Positions 48,142 to 57,957 of a stretch of 64,000 nucleotides of DNA are shown here, one piece after another (the stretch's first letter is position 1; every line of letters starts with the position of its first letter). The translations under genes and the position numbers were made by a program. The stretch is from Betaproteobacteria bacterium (GTDB taxonomy: Bacteria > Pseudomonadota > Gammaproteobacteria > Burkholderiales > Methylophilaceae): contig VGHQ01000004.1 of assembly GCA_016868195.1 (NCBI GenBank), positions 17,273 to 81,272 on the forward strand. The letters run 5' to 3'. The notes below the pieces were generated by a model that ran no database searches, was not told the origin of the DNA, and was given only the letters and a program-made list of their open reading frames with translations.

Positions 48142-48648
48142 TTATATCGGTGTTTTGGTATTTGATGAAGCTTGATTGTTTTTACGCTTGTTACTATCCA
48201 AATGATTTTTTTCAAATTCTTTTGCTAAGAAAGCCAATTCGTCTAGAGATATAACCTCATTCTCGTCTAAATCGAAGCGATTAAATTGGCGAGCTACTTG
48301 AGGTAAACATTTTGTTGTTTCCTGGAGATCAAGGGTATTATCATTGTCTTCATCGCAAGCAATAAAACGGGATTCCAAACCTTTTAACATCTCCCTTTGT
48401 TTTTCTTCGATGAGGCTACTTTCTTTACCTGATGATTTTGCATATGCAGCAAGGGCTCGCCTAATTCTTGCTCGCTCTTCTGGTGATAAAGAGCTACTTT
48501 CTTTTAATTTATGAAGCTCAGTAGCAACTGATGAATTGTTTTCTGATTCTACTTTTGGGGCTTGATTATTTGCTCCAGCTAATACATCTAAAGAGAGGCC
48601 AAAAGCCGCAGCGAAACAAAATAAAAAGGGTTTCAAAAACTTATGCAA
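48142..48648 (-). CDS. secreted protein with two canonical EF-hand calcium-binding loops
   Basis: 168 aa with signal peptide ...LDVLA/GANN and 12-residue loops DEDNDNTLDLQE and DLDENEVISLDE. The start (TTG at 48648, or an in-frame TTG 12 nt downstream) is uncertain. Confidence 0.75.
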   Translation of the reverse strand: MHKFLKPFLFCFAAAFGLSLDVLAGANNQAPKVESENNSSVATELHKLKESSSLSPEERARIRRALAAYAKSSGKESSLIEEKQREMLKGLESRFIACDEDNDNTLDLQETTKCLPQVARQFNRFDLDENEVISLDELAFLAKEFEKNHLDSNKRKNNQASSNTKTPI

Positions 48649-48725
48649 TTGATTGATTTTTATTTAGAAAGGAATGTTATATTCAAGCTTAAATGTTAAT
48701 ACTTTATTACAAAAATATGCATATT

Positions 48726-48741
48726 TGTTTCTATTTGTAAC
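48726..48741 (-). promoter_or_regulatory. candidate OmpR tandem half-sites (GTTACA-N4-GAAACA on minus strand)
   Basis: The reverse complement of 48741-48726 reads GTTACAAATAGAAACA. This gives two G(T/A)(T/A)ACA half-sites with 10-bp periodicity, 78-93 nt upstream of the EF-hand gene start. Confidence 0.25.
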
Positions 48742-48815
48742 AATGGATCATAATAACTTATGATGTAAACTGATATATTAAGTTCATTTTGTACTAACTG
48801 ATCTAGATTAAACTC

Positions 48816-49535
48816 ATGGCAATCAATCCAGCATCCATTTTAATTGTTGATGACGATCCAAAAATAAGAGATCTCACAAGTCAATATCTTACAGATCAAG
48901 GCTTGAATGCCCATACAGCCAATGGCGGCAAGGAAATGGATTTATTTATTGCTAACCACCAAGTTAGCCTCATTATCCTTGACCTTATGATGCCGGAAGA
49001 AAGTGGGCTTGCTATATGTCAAAGATTAAGAGGTTCAGGAAATTTCACTCCAATTATTATTCTGACAGCAAAAGGAGATGAAATTGACCGTATTGTCGGC
49101 TTGGAAATGGGGGCAGATGATTATGTATCAAAACCATTTAACCCTAGAGAGCTTTTGGCACGTATTAATGCTGTATTAAGACGAAATGAATTAAAACAAA
49201 CCCAAAACTCAACGTCTGAAAATATAGCGTTTGGTCCTTTTATATTTAGTTCAGACACAAGAAGCCTCACAAAAAACGGGGTTCCTATTAATATTACCTC
49301 TGGTGAATTTGAATTATTAAAAGTATTTATTGATCATCCCCGCCAGCCCTTGTCTCGCGATCAAATTATGCAATTGGCAAAAGGGCGAGAACTTGATGTT
49401 TTTGATAGAAGCATCGATGTTCAGATCTCAAGATTAAGAAAAATCCTAGAAGAAGATCATACAAGCCCCAAATTTCTCCAAACCATGTGGGGCTTCGGAT
49501 ATATCTTTGTTCCAGATAGTGATACTTCACATTGA
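48816..49535 (+). CDS. ompR: OmpR-family response regulator
   Basis: 239 aa with receiver Asp in LIILDLMMP, and a winged-helix output domain (LTSGEFELLKVF...GFGYIFV). Confidence 0.9.
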   Translation: MAINPASILIVDDDPKIRDLTSQYLTDQGLNAHTANGGKEMDLFIANHQVSLIILDLMMPEESGLAICQRLRGSGNFTPIIILTAKGDEIDRIVGLEMGADDYVSKPFNPRELLARINAVLRRNELKQTQNSTSENIAFGPFIFSSDTRSLTKNGVPINITSGEFELLKVFIDHPRQPLSRDQIMQLAKGRELDVFDRSIDVQISRLRKILEEDHTSPKFLQTMWGFGYIFVPDSDTSH

Positions 49536-50869
49536 AATTTATTCCCAATACACTTCTTGCTAGATTTCTTATTCTTATTGCAACAGTGCTCATAATTGCG
49601 CAGATTGTATCAATCCGCATATTTGATTATTTCGAAAGAGATCCCAGAGCCGAAGCAGTAGCTCAAGAAATTCAAACGGTGGTTAATTTTACAAGAGCTT
49701 CTCTCATATCATCAAGAGAAGATAAAAGACTTGAGCTTTTATCAGAGTTATCTACAAAAGGTGATATCAGAATTTATCCTGCATACTACTTTGAGGATAT
49801 TGAACCTCTTGCTCCTGATCCCTTCTTGAAAGTTGTTGTAAGAAAACTAAAAGAAAGGCTTGGTGAAAATACAATTGTGATTACCGATCACTATGGCATC
49901 CCGGGTCTTTGGGTAAGCTTTTCTATTGATCAAGATGAGTTTTGGGTAGTAATTCCAACGCCAGGTGACAGGCCCTTTCCATGGCATTGGATTGGTTGGG
50001 GGATCATTGTTGCTGGCCTTTCAATCATAGGAGCATATGCTACTGCAACAAGAATTAATAGACCTTTGAATCTCTTAATTCAAGCCACTAAACAATTAAA
50101 AAAAGGTGAATTTCCTAAAAAACTCCCTTTAGATAGTGTGACTGAATTCCGCACTATGAGCCAAACTTTTAATGAAATGTCTCAGAGTTTGAGTAAGGTA
50201 GATCAAGAGAGAAAAGTTCTTTTAGCAGGAGTGTCTCATGATATAAGGACCCCACTTACTAGGCTAAGGATTGCTATTGAAATGTTGCCTAAAAAAATTG
50301 CGAGTAAGCTTAAAAAAAGCATGGAGGAAGATATCTTTGAAATAGATAATATTCTTAATCAATTTATAGATTATGTTCGAGGATTTAATCAAGAGGCAAC
50401 AGTTACAACAAATCTCAATGAATTTTTTAGTCATATGAAAAAACAACATCAAATACTTAACCGTAATATTGTTTTTGTGAGTAATCTAAAAATACCAATC
50501 TTCTATGACATAAAACCTATCTCATTTAGAAGATTATTTGATAATCTTATTAATAACGCTTTTTCCTACTCCACGGGTGAAGTATTAATTACTATTAGAA
50601 AACATAAAGAAAATATCTCAATTTCTGTCCTCGATGATGGTCCTGGTATTCCGCCAGATCATATCCAAAGGCTTCTAAAGCCTTTTGAGAGATTTGATGT
50701 GATATCAATAAATAAAAAACAAATGGCCGATAATCGAGAGAGTTGTGGACTTGGGTTAGCAATCGTTGACAAAATTACTGAAGCTCACAATGGTAAATTA
50801 GAAATCTCAAATCGCGCTAAAAAAGGCTTAGAGGTAAAAATCATACTGCCTTTAATTAATGAAAGCTAA
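49532..50869 (+). CDS. envZ: EnvZ-like sensor histidine kinase
   Basis: 445 aa with a TTG start overlapping the ompR stop, two TM segments plus HAMP, H-box SHDIRTPLTRLR, and ATPase G-box GLGLAIV. Confidence 0.88.
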   Translation: MKFIPNTLLARFLILIATVLIIAQIVSIRIFDYFERDPRAEAVAQEIQTVVNFTRASLISSREDKRLELLSELSTKGDIRIYPAYYFEDIEPLAPDPFLKVVVRKLKERLGENTIVITDHYGIPGLWVSFSIDQDEFWVVIPTPGDRPFPWHWIGWGIIVAGLSIIGAYATATRINRPLNLLIQATKQLKKGEFPKKLPLDSVTEFRTMSQTFNEMSQSLSKVDQERKVLLAGVSHDIRTPLTRLRIAIEMLPKKIASKLKKSMEEDIFEIDNILNQFIDYVRGFNQEATVTTNLNEFFSHMKKQHQILNRNIVFVSNLKIPIFYDIKPISFRRLFDNLINNAFSYSTGEVLITIRKHKENISISVLDDGPGIPPDHIQRLLKPFERFDVISINKKQMADNRESCGLGLAIVDKITEAHNGKLEISNRAKKGLEVKIILPLINES

Positions 50870-52245
50870 TTAAACCACTTTAATTTCTTACGAAGTTTGA
50901 CTACATTCCCAATAATAATAAGAGAGGGTGATTTTAATTTTTCTTTTTTCACTTTTTGCACAATATTAGAAAGAGCCCCTGTTATCACTCTCTGTTGTGA
51001 AGTTGTTCCTTGTTCTACAACAGCGATTGGTAAATTTTTGGAAGCTCCATGTTTTACTAATTCAACACATATTTGTGAAAGTGCTAAAAGACCCATATAA
51101 ATCACAATAGTTTGATTTGATTTAGCGAGCGAACCCCAATCAAGCATCAATTTTTCATCTTTCATGTGACCTGTAACAAATGTACAAGACTGTGCAAAGT
51201 CTCTATGCGTTAAGGGAATACCTGCGTAACTTGATACACCATTAGCAGCAGTAATTCCAGGCACTACTTGAAATGGAATCTTATGCTCCATAAGCATTTC
51301 TATTTCTTCTCCGCCTCTGCCAAAAATAAAAGGATCGCCACCTTTGAGACGCAAAACACGCATACCTTTTTTTGCTAACTTTACAAGTAATTGATTAATT
51401 TTATCTTGTGGCAAAGTATGCCTGTCTCTTTCCTTTCCAACGAAAATTAACTCTGCATCACGTCTCACAAGATTTAATACATCCCTACTGACAAGCTTGT
51501 CATAAACACATACATCCGATCTCTGCATTAAATGAAGTGCTCTAAATGTAAGCAAATCCGGATCACCCGGTCCCCCTCCAACCAAGAAAACTTCCCCTTG
51601 TTTCTTTTGTATTTCATTCTTTTTTACTAAAGCTATTAATTGTTGCACACTTAATTTCTTAGATTGATTAAGAAATTGTCTTACCAAAGGATGATCAATA
51701 AAATTTTCCCAAAAAATTCTTTTTGACTGTGTTGTTTCATATCGATTTTTAACACTATCTCTCATAGAGCCCATGACGGAAGCAAGCTTACTAAAGCTAT
51801 GTGGAATCAAAGCTTCAATTTTTTCACGAACAAATTTGGCTAAAACAGGCGCATTGCCTTCACTGGAAATTGCAATCAATAATGGTGAACGATCTATGAT
51901 TGATCCCATTGTGAAAGTACAGAGCGAAGGCTCATCAACTACATTAACTGGAATATTAAGTGCCTGAGCAGTTTCAGACACTATTAAATTAACTTTTTTA
52001 TTATCGGTTGCTGCAACAACGAGCACAGGATGGGTTAAATCATTTCTTTCAAAAGACTTTATTTTGACGTGAATTTTTTTTAGCTTTTGATAGTACTTTA
52101 ATTCTTTACATAAGCTAGATGCAATCACGGTAATTTTTGCGTCGGCCTTAAGAAGCATTTCAATCTTTCTTAGAGCGACATCACCCCCTCCTATTACCAA
52201 TACGGGCTTATGTAATAAATTAATAAAAATTGGGAAACTTTTCAT
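50866..52245 (-). CDS. cysG: siroheme synthase (precorrin-2 dehydrogenase/sirohydrochlorin ferrochelatase + uroporphyrinogen-III C-methyltransferase)
   Basis: 459 aa with an N-terminal Rossmann VIGGGDVALRK and a C-terminal SUMT domain (VGGGPGDPDLLT, RLKGGDPFIFGRGGEE). Confidence 0.93.
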   Translation of the reverse strand: MKSFPIFINLLHKPVLVIGGGDVALRKIEMLLKADAKITVIASSLCKELKYYQKLKKIHVKIKSFERNDLTHPVLVVAATDNKKVNLIVSETAQALNIPVNVVDEPSLCTFTMGSIIDRSPLLIAISSEGNAPVLAKFVREKIEALIPHSFSKLASVMGSMRDSVKNRYETTQSKRIFWENFIDHPLVRQFLNQSKKLSVQQLIALVKKNEIQKKQGEVFLVGGGPGDPDLLTFRALHLMQRSDVCVYDKLVSRDVLNLVRRDAELIFVGKERDRHTLPQDKINQLLVKLAKKGMRVLRLKGGDPFIFGRGGEEIEMLMEHKIPFQVVPGITAANGVSSYAGIPLTHRDFAQSCTFVTGHMKDEKLMLDWGSLAKSNQTIVIYMGLLALSQICVELVKHGASKNLPIAVVEQGTTSQQRVITGALSNIVQKVKKEKLKSPSLIIIGNVVKLRKKLKWFN

Positions 52246-52377
52246 AACATCATTTTACATGTTCATTAGAAGGTAGTCCTTATCTAAAATGCAATAATTT
52301 ACCTGTATTATTAATTACTTAAAGCCACTATACTTAACACATCCTAATTTTAATGCTCCACCTATTTCTTTAGCTTT

Positions 52378-53700
52378 ATGCTTAAAAAAGTTTTTATTAA
52401 AACATTCGGCTGTCAAATGAATGAGTACGACTCATCCAAAATGCAGGATGTATTAAATCAAACTCACATTACTTCCAAGACAGAAAATCCGAAGGAAGCT
52501 GATCTCATTATCTTAAATACTTGCTCTGTCAGAGAAAAAGCTGAAGAAAAAATATACAGCCACCTTGGTGAATATGAAGCTCTTAAAAAAATCAATCCCA
52601 ACTTACTAATTGCAATTGGAGGATGTGTTGCTAGCCAAGAAGGTGACAATATTCTTAAGCGGGCCCCTTTTGTAGATCTTATTTTTGGCCCACAAACTCT
52701 TCATCGATTACCAGAGTTGGTAAACAAAAGAAAATCAGCTGGCTCATCACAAGTTGATATTTCTTTCCCTGAAATAGAAAAGTTTGATCATCTTCCCTCT
52801 CCGAGCTTTTCAGGGGCTTCTGCTTTGGTTTCAATTATTGAGGGATGCAGCAAATATTGTTCATTCTGTGTTGTCCCTTATACGCGTGGGGAAGAAATCT
52901 CTAGGCCTTTTGACGATATATTAGCTGAAGTGATCCAGCTAGCATCTTTAGGTGCAAAAGAAATTACTCTTCTCGGACAAAATGTTAATGCTTATCGATC
53001 TAACACTAAAAATGGATCTTCTGCAAACCTGGCTTTACTTATAGAATATATTTCTGAGATTGATGCAATTAAACGCATTAAATTTACAACAAGTCATCCT
53101 AATGAAATGAATGACAGTCTTATAGAATGTTTTGGAAAATTTCCAAAGCTTGCAGCACATCTTCACTTGCCTATTCAATCAGGCTCAGACCGCATATTGT
53201 CATCAATGAAGAGAAATTATACGGCTTTAGAATACAAAAATATCATAAGAAAATTAAAAAAGAATTGTCCTCAAATTTCAATAAGCTCTGATTTTATTAT
53301 TGGATTTCCTAACGAAACAGATGCTGATTTTGAAATGACAAAAAGAATTATGGAGGATGTTAAATTTGATTTCAGCTTTAGTTTTTTATATAGCCCAAGA
53401 CCGGGAACTCCAGCCTCATACATTCACGACGAAATCTCTCATGAAACAAAATTAAGAAGATTGAATGAATTACAATTAATAAACGATGCGCAAGGCAAGG
53501 CGATAAGCCATCTTATGCTAGGCACTAAACAACGCATTTTAATTGATGGTCAATCATGGAAGAATCCAACTGAAATGGCTGGCAAAACAGATAATAATAG
53601 AGTGGTTGATGTTAAAGCCGATAAATCATTTATTAACCAATTTGTAGACGTCACAATTACCGAGGTGACTTCAAAAAGACTTCGCGGAGAAATTATTTAA
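52378..53700 (+). CDS. miaB: tRNA-2-methylthio-N6-dimethylallyladenosine synthase
   Basis: 440 aa with UPF0004 N-terminal Cys residues (TFGCQMN), a radical-SAM [11 protein letters not shown] motif, and a TRAM domain. Confidence 0.95.
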   Translation: MLKKVFIKTFGCQMNEYDSSKMQDVLNQTHITSKTENPKEADLIILNTCSVREKAEEKIYSHLGEYEALKKINPNLLIAIGGCVASQEGDNILKRAPFVDLIFGPQTLHRLPELVNKRKSAGSSQVDISFPEIEKFDHLPSPSFSGASALVSIIEGCSKYCSFCVVPYTRGEEISRPFDDILAEVIQLASLGAKEITLLGQNVNAYRSNTKNGSSANLALLIEYISEIDAIKRIKFTTSHPNEMNDSLIECFGKFPKLAAHLHLPIQSGSDRILSSMKRNYTALEYKNIIRKLKKNCPQISISSDFIIGFPNETDADFEMTKRIMEDVKFDFSFSFLYSPRPGTPASYIHDEISHETKLRRLNELQLINDAQGKAISHLMLGTKQRILIDGQSWKNPTEMAGKTDNNRVVDVKADKSFINQFVDVTITEVTSKRLRGEII

Positions 53701-53701
53701 T

Positions 53702-54658
53702 ATGGGGATGAAGTTCGAATTACCTTCTGTAAACAACAGGCAATTATCTAATTTATGTGGGGCATTAGATCAAAATCTAAAGCAAATTGAAGCTGCATTA
53801 GAAGTTGATATCGTAAGACGTGGATCAAGTTTTAATATAAACGGCTCTTCAAAAAATATAAAAGCTGCCGCAGCTCTTATCCAAAAATTTTACAAAAAAG
53901 CTATTGACCCTATTGAATTAGAAGATATTCAATTAGGACTCGTCGAAATTAATAAATTTGAAAAAGGAATAAAAGCAACTTCAGAAATCAATGAACTCAA
54001 AACAAAAAGAACTGACCTGAGGGGCAGAACGCCTAGACAAAATGCATACTTAAAAAATATACAGGATTTTGATATCACTTTTGGCATTGGTCCCGCAGGT
54101 ACAGGAAAAACTTATCTTGCTGTCGCAAGCGCTATAGATGCAATTAACAGGGATAAAATTAAACGTATCGTTTTGGTTAGGCCTGCTGTAGAAGCTGGTG
54201 AGAGATTAGGTTTTCTTCCCGGTGATTTAGCACAAAAAGTGAATCCTTATTTAAGACCTCTTTATGATGCACTCTATGATTTGGCCAGCTACGAGAATAT
54301 TCATAAAATGATTGATAAAAGTATCATCGAAATTGCACCCTTAGCTTATATGAGAGGTCGTACACTTAATCAAAGCTTCATCATCTTAGATGAAGCTCAA
54401 AATACTACTCCTGAACAGATGAAGATGTTCTTGACACGGATAGGTTTTGGATCAAAAACTGTGATTACAGGTGATATTACTCAAATTGATTTAGCTAAAG
54501 GTCAAAAAAGTGGCTTGATTGAAGCAAAAAAGATTTTGTCGAAAGTGAAAGGCATTGCATTTACTGAGTTCTTATCTGATGATGTAGTAAGACATCCTCT
54601 TGTTCAAAAAATTATTAATGCGTATGAAAATTTTGAAAAAAAGAAAGTAGATAATTAA
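53702..54658 (+). CDS. ybeZ: PhoH-like ATPase (YbeZ)
   Basis: 318 aa with Walker A GPAGTGKTYLA and ILDEAQN. Confidence 0.92.
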   Translation: MGMKFELPSVNNRQLSNLCGALDQNLKQIEAALEVDIVRRGSSFNINGSSKNIKAAAALIQKFYKKAIDPIELEDIQLGLVEINKFEKGIKATSEINELKTKRTDLRGRTPRQNAYLKNIQDFDITFGIGPAGTGKTYLAVASAIDAINRDKIKRIVLVRPAVEAGERLGFLPGDLAQKVNPYLRPLYDALYDLASYENIHKMIDKSIIEIAPLAYMRGRTLNQSFIILDEAQNTTPEQMKMFLTRIGFGSKTVITGDITQIDLAKGQKSGLIEAKKILSKVKGIAFTEFLSDDVVRHPLVQKIINAYENFEKKKVDN

Positions 54659-54664
54659 CTTCAA

Positions 54665-55138
54665 ATGGAATTAAAACCCATCATTGCAATTCAAGATATG
54701 GTGTACACAAAACCAATAGTAAAAAAAACACACTGCTACAAATGGCTTGCACCTATAATTGATCATAATGCCGAAATAACTATTCGAATTGTAGGAATTG
54801 ATGAATCAAAAAATCTAAATGCTATTTATCGCAAAAAAAAATATCCAACTAATGTACTTTCTTTTCTTATAGACGATGCGCATCATCTCATTGGAGATAT
54901 TGTCCTTTGCGCTCCAGTCATAGAAGAAGAAGCAAGAGATCAATCGAAAAATCTCGAAGCTCACTATGCTCACCTTATTATTCATGGCGCACTTCATTTA
55001 TATGGTTATGATCATGAAAATAAAAAAGATGCTGAAATTATGGAAGAAAAAGAGATTAAAATTTTAACTAAACTCGGCTATAAAAACCCTTATCTTTTAG
55101 AAGAGAAAAATCGCAATGAGCGAATCAAAAAAATCTAA
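54665..55138 (+). CDS. ybeY: rRNA maturation endoribonuclease YbeY
   Basis: 157 aa with the metal-binding motif HGALHLYGYDH. Confidence 0.95.
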   Translation: MELKPIIAIQDMVYTKPIVKKTHCYKWLAPIIDHNAEITIRIVGIDESKNLNAIYRKKKYPTNVLSFLIDDAHHLIGDIVLCAPVIEEEARDQSKNLEAHYAHLIIHGALHLYGYDHENKKDAEIMEEKEIKILTKLGYKNPYLLEEKNRNERIKKI

Positions 55139-55949
55139 ATTAATTGAACGTCTGAGTCATTTTCTTTTAAGAGGACCTGAAGATCGGGAGCAGCTTTTTG
55201 AATTGCTTAAGTCTTCATATGAAAAAAATTTAATGGATGCTGATTCGCTTTCTATGATTGAGGGTGTTCTTCAGGTTTCAGAAATGCAGGTAAGAGATAT
55301 CATGATTCCAAGATCACAAATGGATGTTATTGATATTTCTCACTCACCTGAAAAATTTATTCCTTTTATTATAGCGACGGCTCACTCGCGCTTTCCTGTG
55401 ATTGAAGATGACAAAAATGATGTCATTGGTATATTACTTGCTAAGGATCTTCTTAAATATTACGCAGGCGACGACTTTGAAATTAGAGATATGTTGCGCC
55501 CTGCTATATTCATTCCAGAATCCAAAAGACTTAATGTGCTTCTCAAAGAATTCAGAAGTAGTCGAAATCATATTGCAATCGTAGTAGACGAATACGGCGG
55601 CGTCTCAGGTATGGTTACAATTGAAGATGTTTTAGAACAAATCGTGGGTGAAATTGAGGATGAATTTGATTTTGATGAGACTGAGGATAATATCATTCAA
55701 GACAAAGATGGCCGTTATAGAGTAAAAGCATCAACTGAAATTGAAGACTTTAATGAATTTTTTAAGGTGACCTTTAGTAATGAGGAATTTTCAACTATCG
55801 GCGGCTTAATTATTCATGCATTTGGTCATCTGCCAAAACGAGATGAAAAAATTACTTTTCAGGGATTCAAAATTACAGTTTTAAGAGCTGATAGTCGAAA
55901 ACTTTATTCTATCCTTCTTGAAATTGACACTCCTGGTAATAACGTGTAA
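55116..55949 (+). CDS. corC: CBS-pair / CorC_HlyC domain magnesium-cobalt efflux-related protein
   Basis: 277 aa with MIPRSQMDVI, HIAIVVDEYGGVSGMVTIEDVLEQIVGEIEDE and a C-terminal transporter-associated domain. It overlaps ybeY by 23 nt. Confidence 0.9.
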   Translation: MSESKKSKLIERLSHFLLRGPEDREQLFELLKSSYEKNLMDADSLSMIEGVLQVSEMQVRDIMIPRSQMDVIDISHSPEKFIPFIIATAHSRFPVIEDDKNDVIGILLAKDLLKYYAGDDFEIRDMLRPAIFIPESKRLNVLLKEFRSSRNHIAIVVDEYGGVSGMVTIEDVLEQIVGEIEDEFDFDETEDNIIQDKDGRYRVKASTEIEDFNEFFKVTFSNEEFSTIGGLIIHAFGHLPKRDEKITFQGFKITVLRADSRKLYSILLEIDTPGNNV

Positions 55950-56000
55950 TTTTTTGAACTAATCGACTTATTCTTTTTCCTATTATTTTAGGAGTCTTTA

Positions 56001-56369
56001 ATGAAAAAACAATTTTTAGCTATTCTTTTAATCCTGTCTCCACACCTTTTCGCTAACGAAATTGATAAAAGCACTATTCCTATAGACGAAAAATCCTTTA
56101 TTGAGGCTATCAGTCGTTTTAATAAAGATGAAATCCTAAGAGCTCTCGGAGAACCAGCTTTCAAAGAAGATATTAAAATCAAATCGTCTGATCAGGTAGT
56201 AGGATCGGTTTGGCAATATCATTATATTAATACCGCGGAAAATGGCAGCTATTACCCCATAACAGAATTAGATTTCTTAGATGAGTTTGTTGAGACTGTT
56301 GTTTTTATAAACAATAATGGTGAACCTTCAGCTAGCCCCTCTCAAACATACAAAATTCAAAAGCCTTAA
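56001..56369 (+). CDS. small secreted hypothetical protein
   Basis: 122 aa with AGGAG 7 nt upstream of the ATG, and signal peptide MKKQFLAILLILSPHLFA/NE with no lipobox Cys. I recognise no family with confidence. Confidence 0.6.
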   Translation: MKKQFLAILLILSPHLFANEIDKSTIPIDEKSFIEAISRFNKDEILRALGEPAFKEDIKIKSSDQVVGSVWQYHYINTAENGSYYPITELDFLDEFVETVVFINNNGEPSASPSQTYKIQKP

Positions 56370-56390
56370 TTACTTTTAAGGCTTTATTGT
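56360..56390 (+). terminator. hairpin overlapping the stop codon of the small secreted ORF
   Basis: AAAGCCTTAA-ttactt-TTAAGGCTTT is a perfect 10-bp stem (56360-56385) followed by ATTGTT. Confidence 0.45.
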
Positions 56391-56430
56391 TCATAATTCA
56401 GTACAATTGTCTTAAACGACTTCTTGTATC

Positions 56431-57930
56431 TTGAATAATCACTATCCATTCTTTTATATAGCTATTTCCTTTTTGCTCGGAGCTCTTTCAGTTCTGAGTT
56501 TTGCCCCTTTTTACTATCACTTTATTTCGCTCATTTCTCTAAGCGGTCTTTTTTACATTTGGTACAAATTAAACCATGCAAGATGGGGCTTTCTATCGGG
56601 GCTTTTTTTTGGGTTAGGCCTATTTTGCTTTGGTATTTCGTGGATTTACATAAGTCTAAATTTATATGGTGGCATGCCTCCATGGTTAGCATATTTAAGT
56701 ACTTTTTTATTCTGCCTCTTTTTAGCTTTTTTTATTGGTATTGTTGGATGGCTTTCTTCACATCGAAAATCGAGCTTTTTTTTAATTCCATTTATTTGGA
56801 CATTATTTGAATGGATTAAAGGCTGGTTTTTAACAGGGTTTCCATGGCTCACAATGGGTTATTCTCAAGTACCTTCCAGCCCTCTTGTTGGATTCTTGCC
56901 GGTTATAGGTATTTATGGGGTAACCTTCATAGTCACTTTTTTAGCTTTAATATTTAACCTCGTTTTGCTTGATAAAAACAAGCGCTCACAACTTATAAAA
57001 CTCAGTGCAATAGGTTTTGTATTACTATCAGGTCAACTTCTTAAAAATATTGAATGGAGTGATCGTATTGGTGAGCCTGTAACCGTGTCACTTGTTCAAG
57101 GTAATATTGCTCAGGATATTAAATGGCAAAAAGATGCTATTTCACAAACATTAAATACGTATCAAACTCTTATACAAAAAACAAAAGGTAAGATTATTAT
57201 TCTTCCTGAAACTGCTTTGCCATTTCTCCTACAATATATCCCTACAACATTTAAAGAGTTTATTTTAAGACATGCTTCAAAAAAACAAAGTCATATTCTT
57301 ATGGGTGCGATTGAGCGCCAAGACACAAAATATTTTAATGTTGTATTAAATTTAAAAAATGATGCATTTCAAGTTTATCGCAAATCACATTTAGTGCCAT
57401 TTGGTGAATTCATACCCTTGAAATTTATTTTTCAATATATTTATACACATTATCTCAATATGCCTATGAATGACCTATCAAGAGGTAGCGACCACCAAAA
57501 GCCTATGGCTATTGCGAATCAAAAAATTGCATTTAATATTTGTTATGAAGATGTGTTTGGTGAGGAAATTATTCAAGCCCTTCCCTCCGCAACACTTATA
57601 GCTAATATAAGTAATGATGCATGGTATGGAAGATCTATTGCTGCTTACCAGCACTTACAATTTTCTCAAGCAAGAGCTATAGAAACAGGAAGAATGGTTA
57701 TTCGCGCTACAAATACTGGCGCCACAGCCATTATTGATGAACATGGAATTCTTTTAGAAACACTGCCCGAATTTACTGAAGGTGTTCTCGAGGGCTCCGT
57801 GCAAGGATTCAAAAATGCAACGCCTTATGTTTTGCTTGGTAATTGGCCTGTTATTTCTTTATGTTTCATTGCGCTTCTTGGTTGGTTTATGAGGCATTCA
57901 AAACTTTTATGGATATTGAAAAAGAAGTAG
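56431..57930 (+). CDS. lnt: apolipoprotein N-acyltransferase
   Basis: 499 aa with a TTG start, a multi-TM N-terminus, and a CN-hydrolase domain (ILPETA, HLVPFGEFIP, ICYEDVF). Confidence 0.92.
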   Translation: MNNHYPFFYIAISFLLGALSVLSFAPFYYHFISLISLSGLFYIWYKLNHARWGFLSGLFFGLGLFCFGISWIYISLNLYGGMPPWLAYLSTFLFCLFLAFFIGIVGWLSSHRKSSFFLIPFIWTLFEWIKGWFLTGFPWLTMGYSQVPSSPLVGFLPVIGIYGVTFIVTFLALIFNLVLLDKNKRSQLIKLSAIGFVLLSGQLLKNIEWSDRIGEPVTVSLVQGNIAQDIKWQKDAISQTLNTYQTLIQKTKGKIIILPETALPFLLQYIPTTFKEFILRHASKKQSHILMGAIERQDTKYFNVVLNLKNDAFQVYRKSHLVPFGEFIPLKFIFQYIYTHYLNMPMNDLSRGSDHQKPMAIANQKIAFNICYEDVFGEEIIQALPSATLIANISNDAWYGRSIAAYQHLQFSQARAIETGRMVIRATNTGATAIIDEHGILLETLPEFTEGVLEGSVQGFKNATPYVLLGNWPVISLCFIALLGWFMRHSKLLWILKKK

Positions 57931-57957
57931 AATGCATGAATTAGAGATCAATTCATT

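Noticed and set aside
48142-48648. The EF-hand protein as a lanmodulin homologue
   Set aside because: It has only two EF loops rather than four. Neither loop has the Pro at position 2 that is diagnostic of lanmodulin. The spacing and length also differ. It is kept only as a generic EF-hand metal-binding protein.
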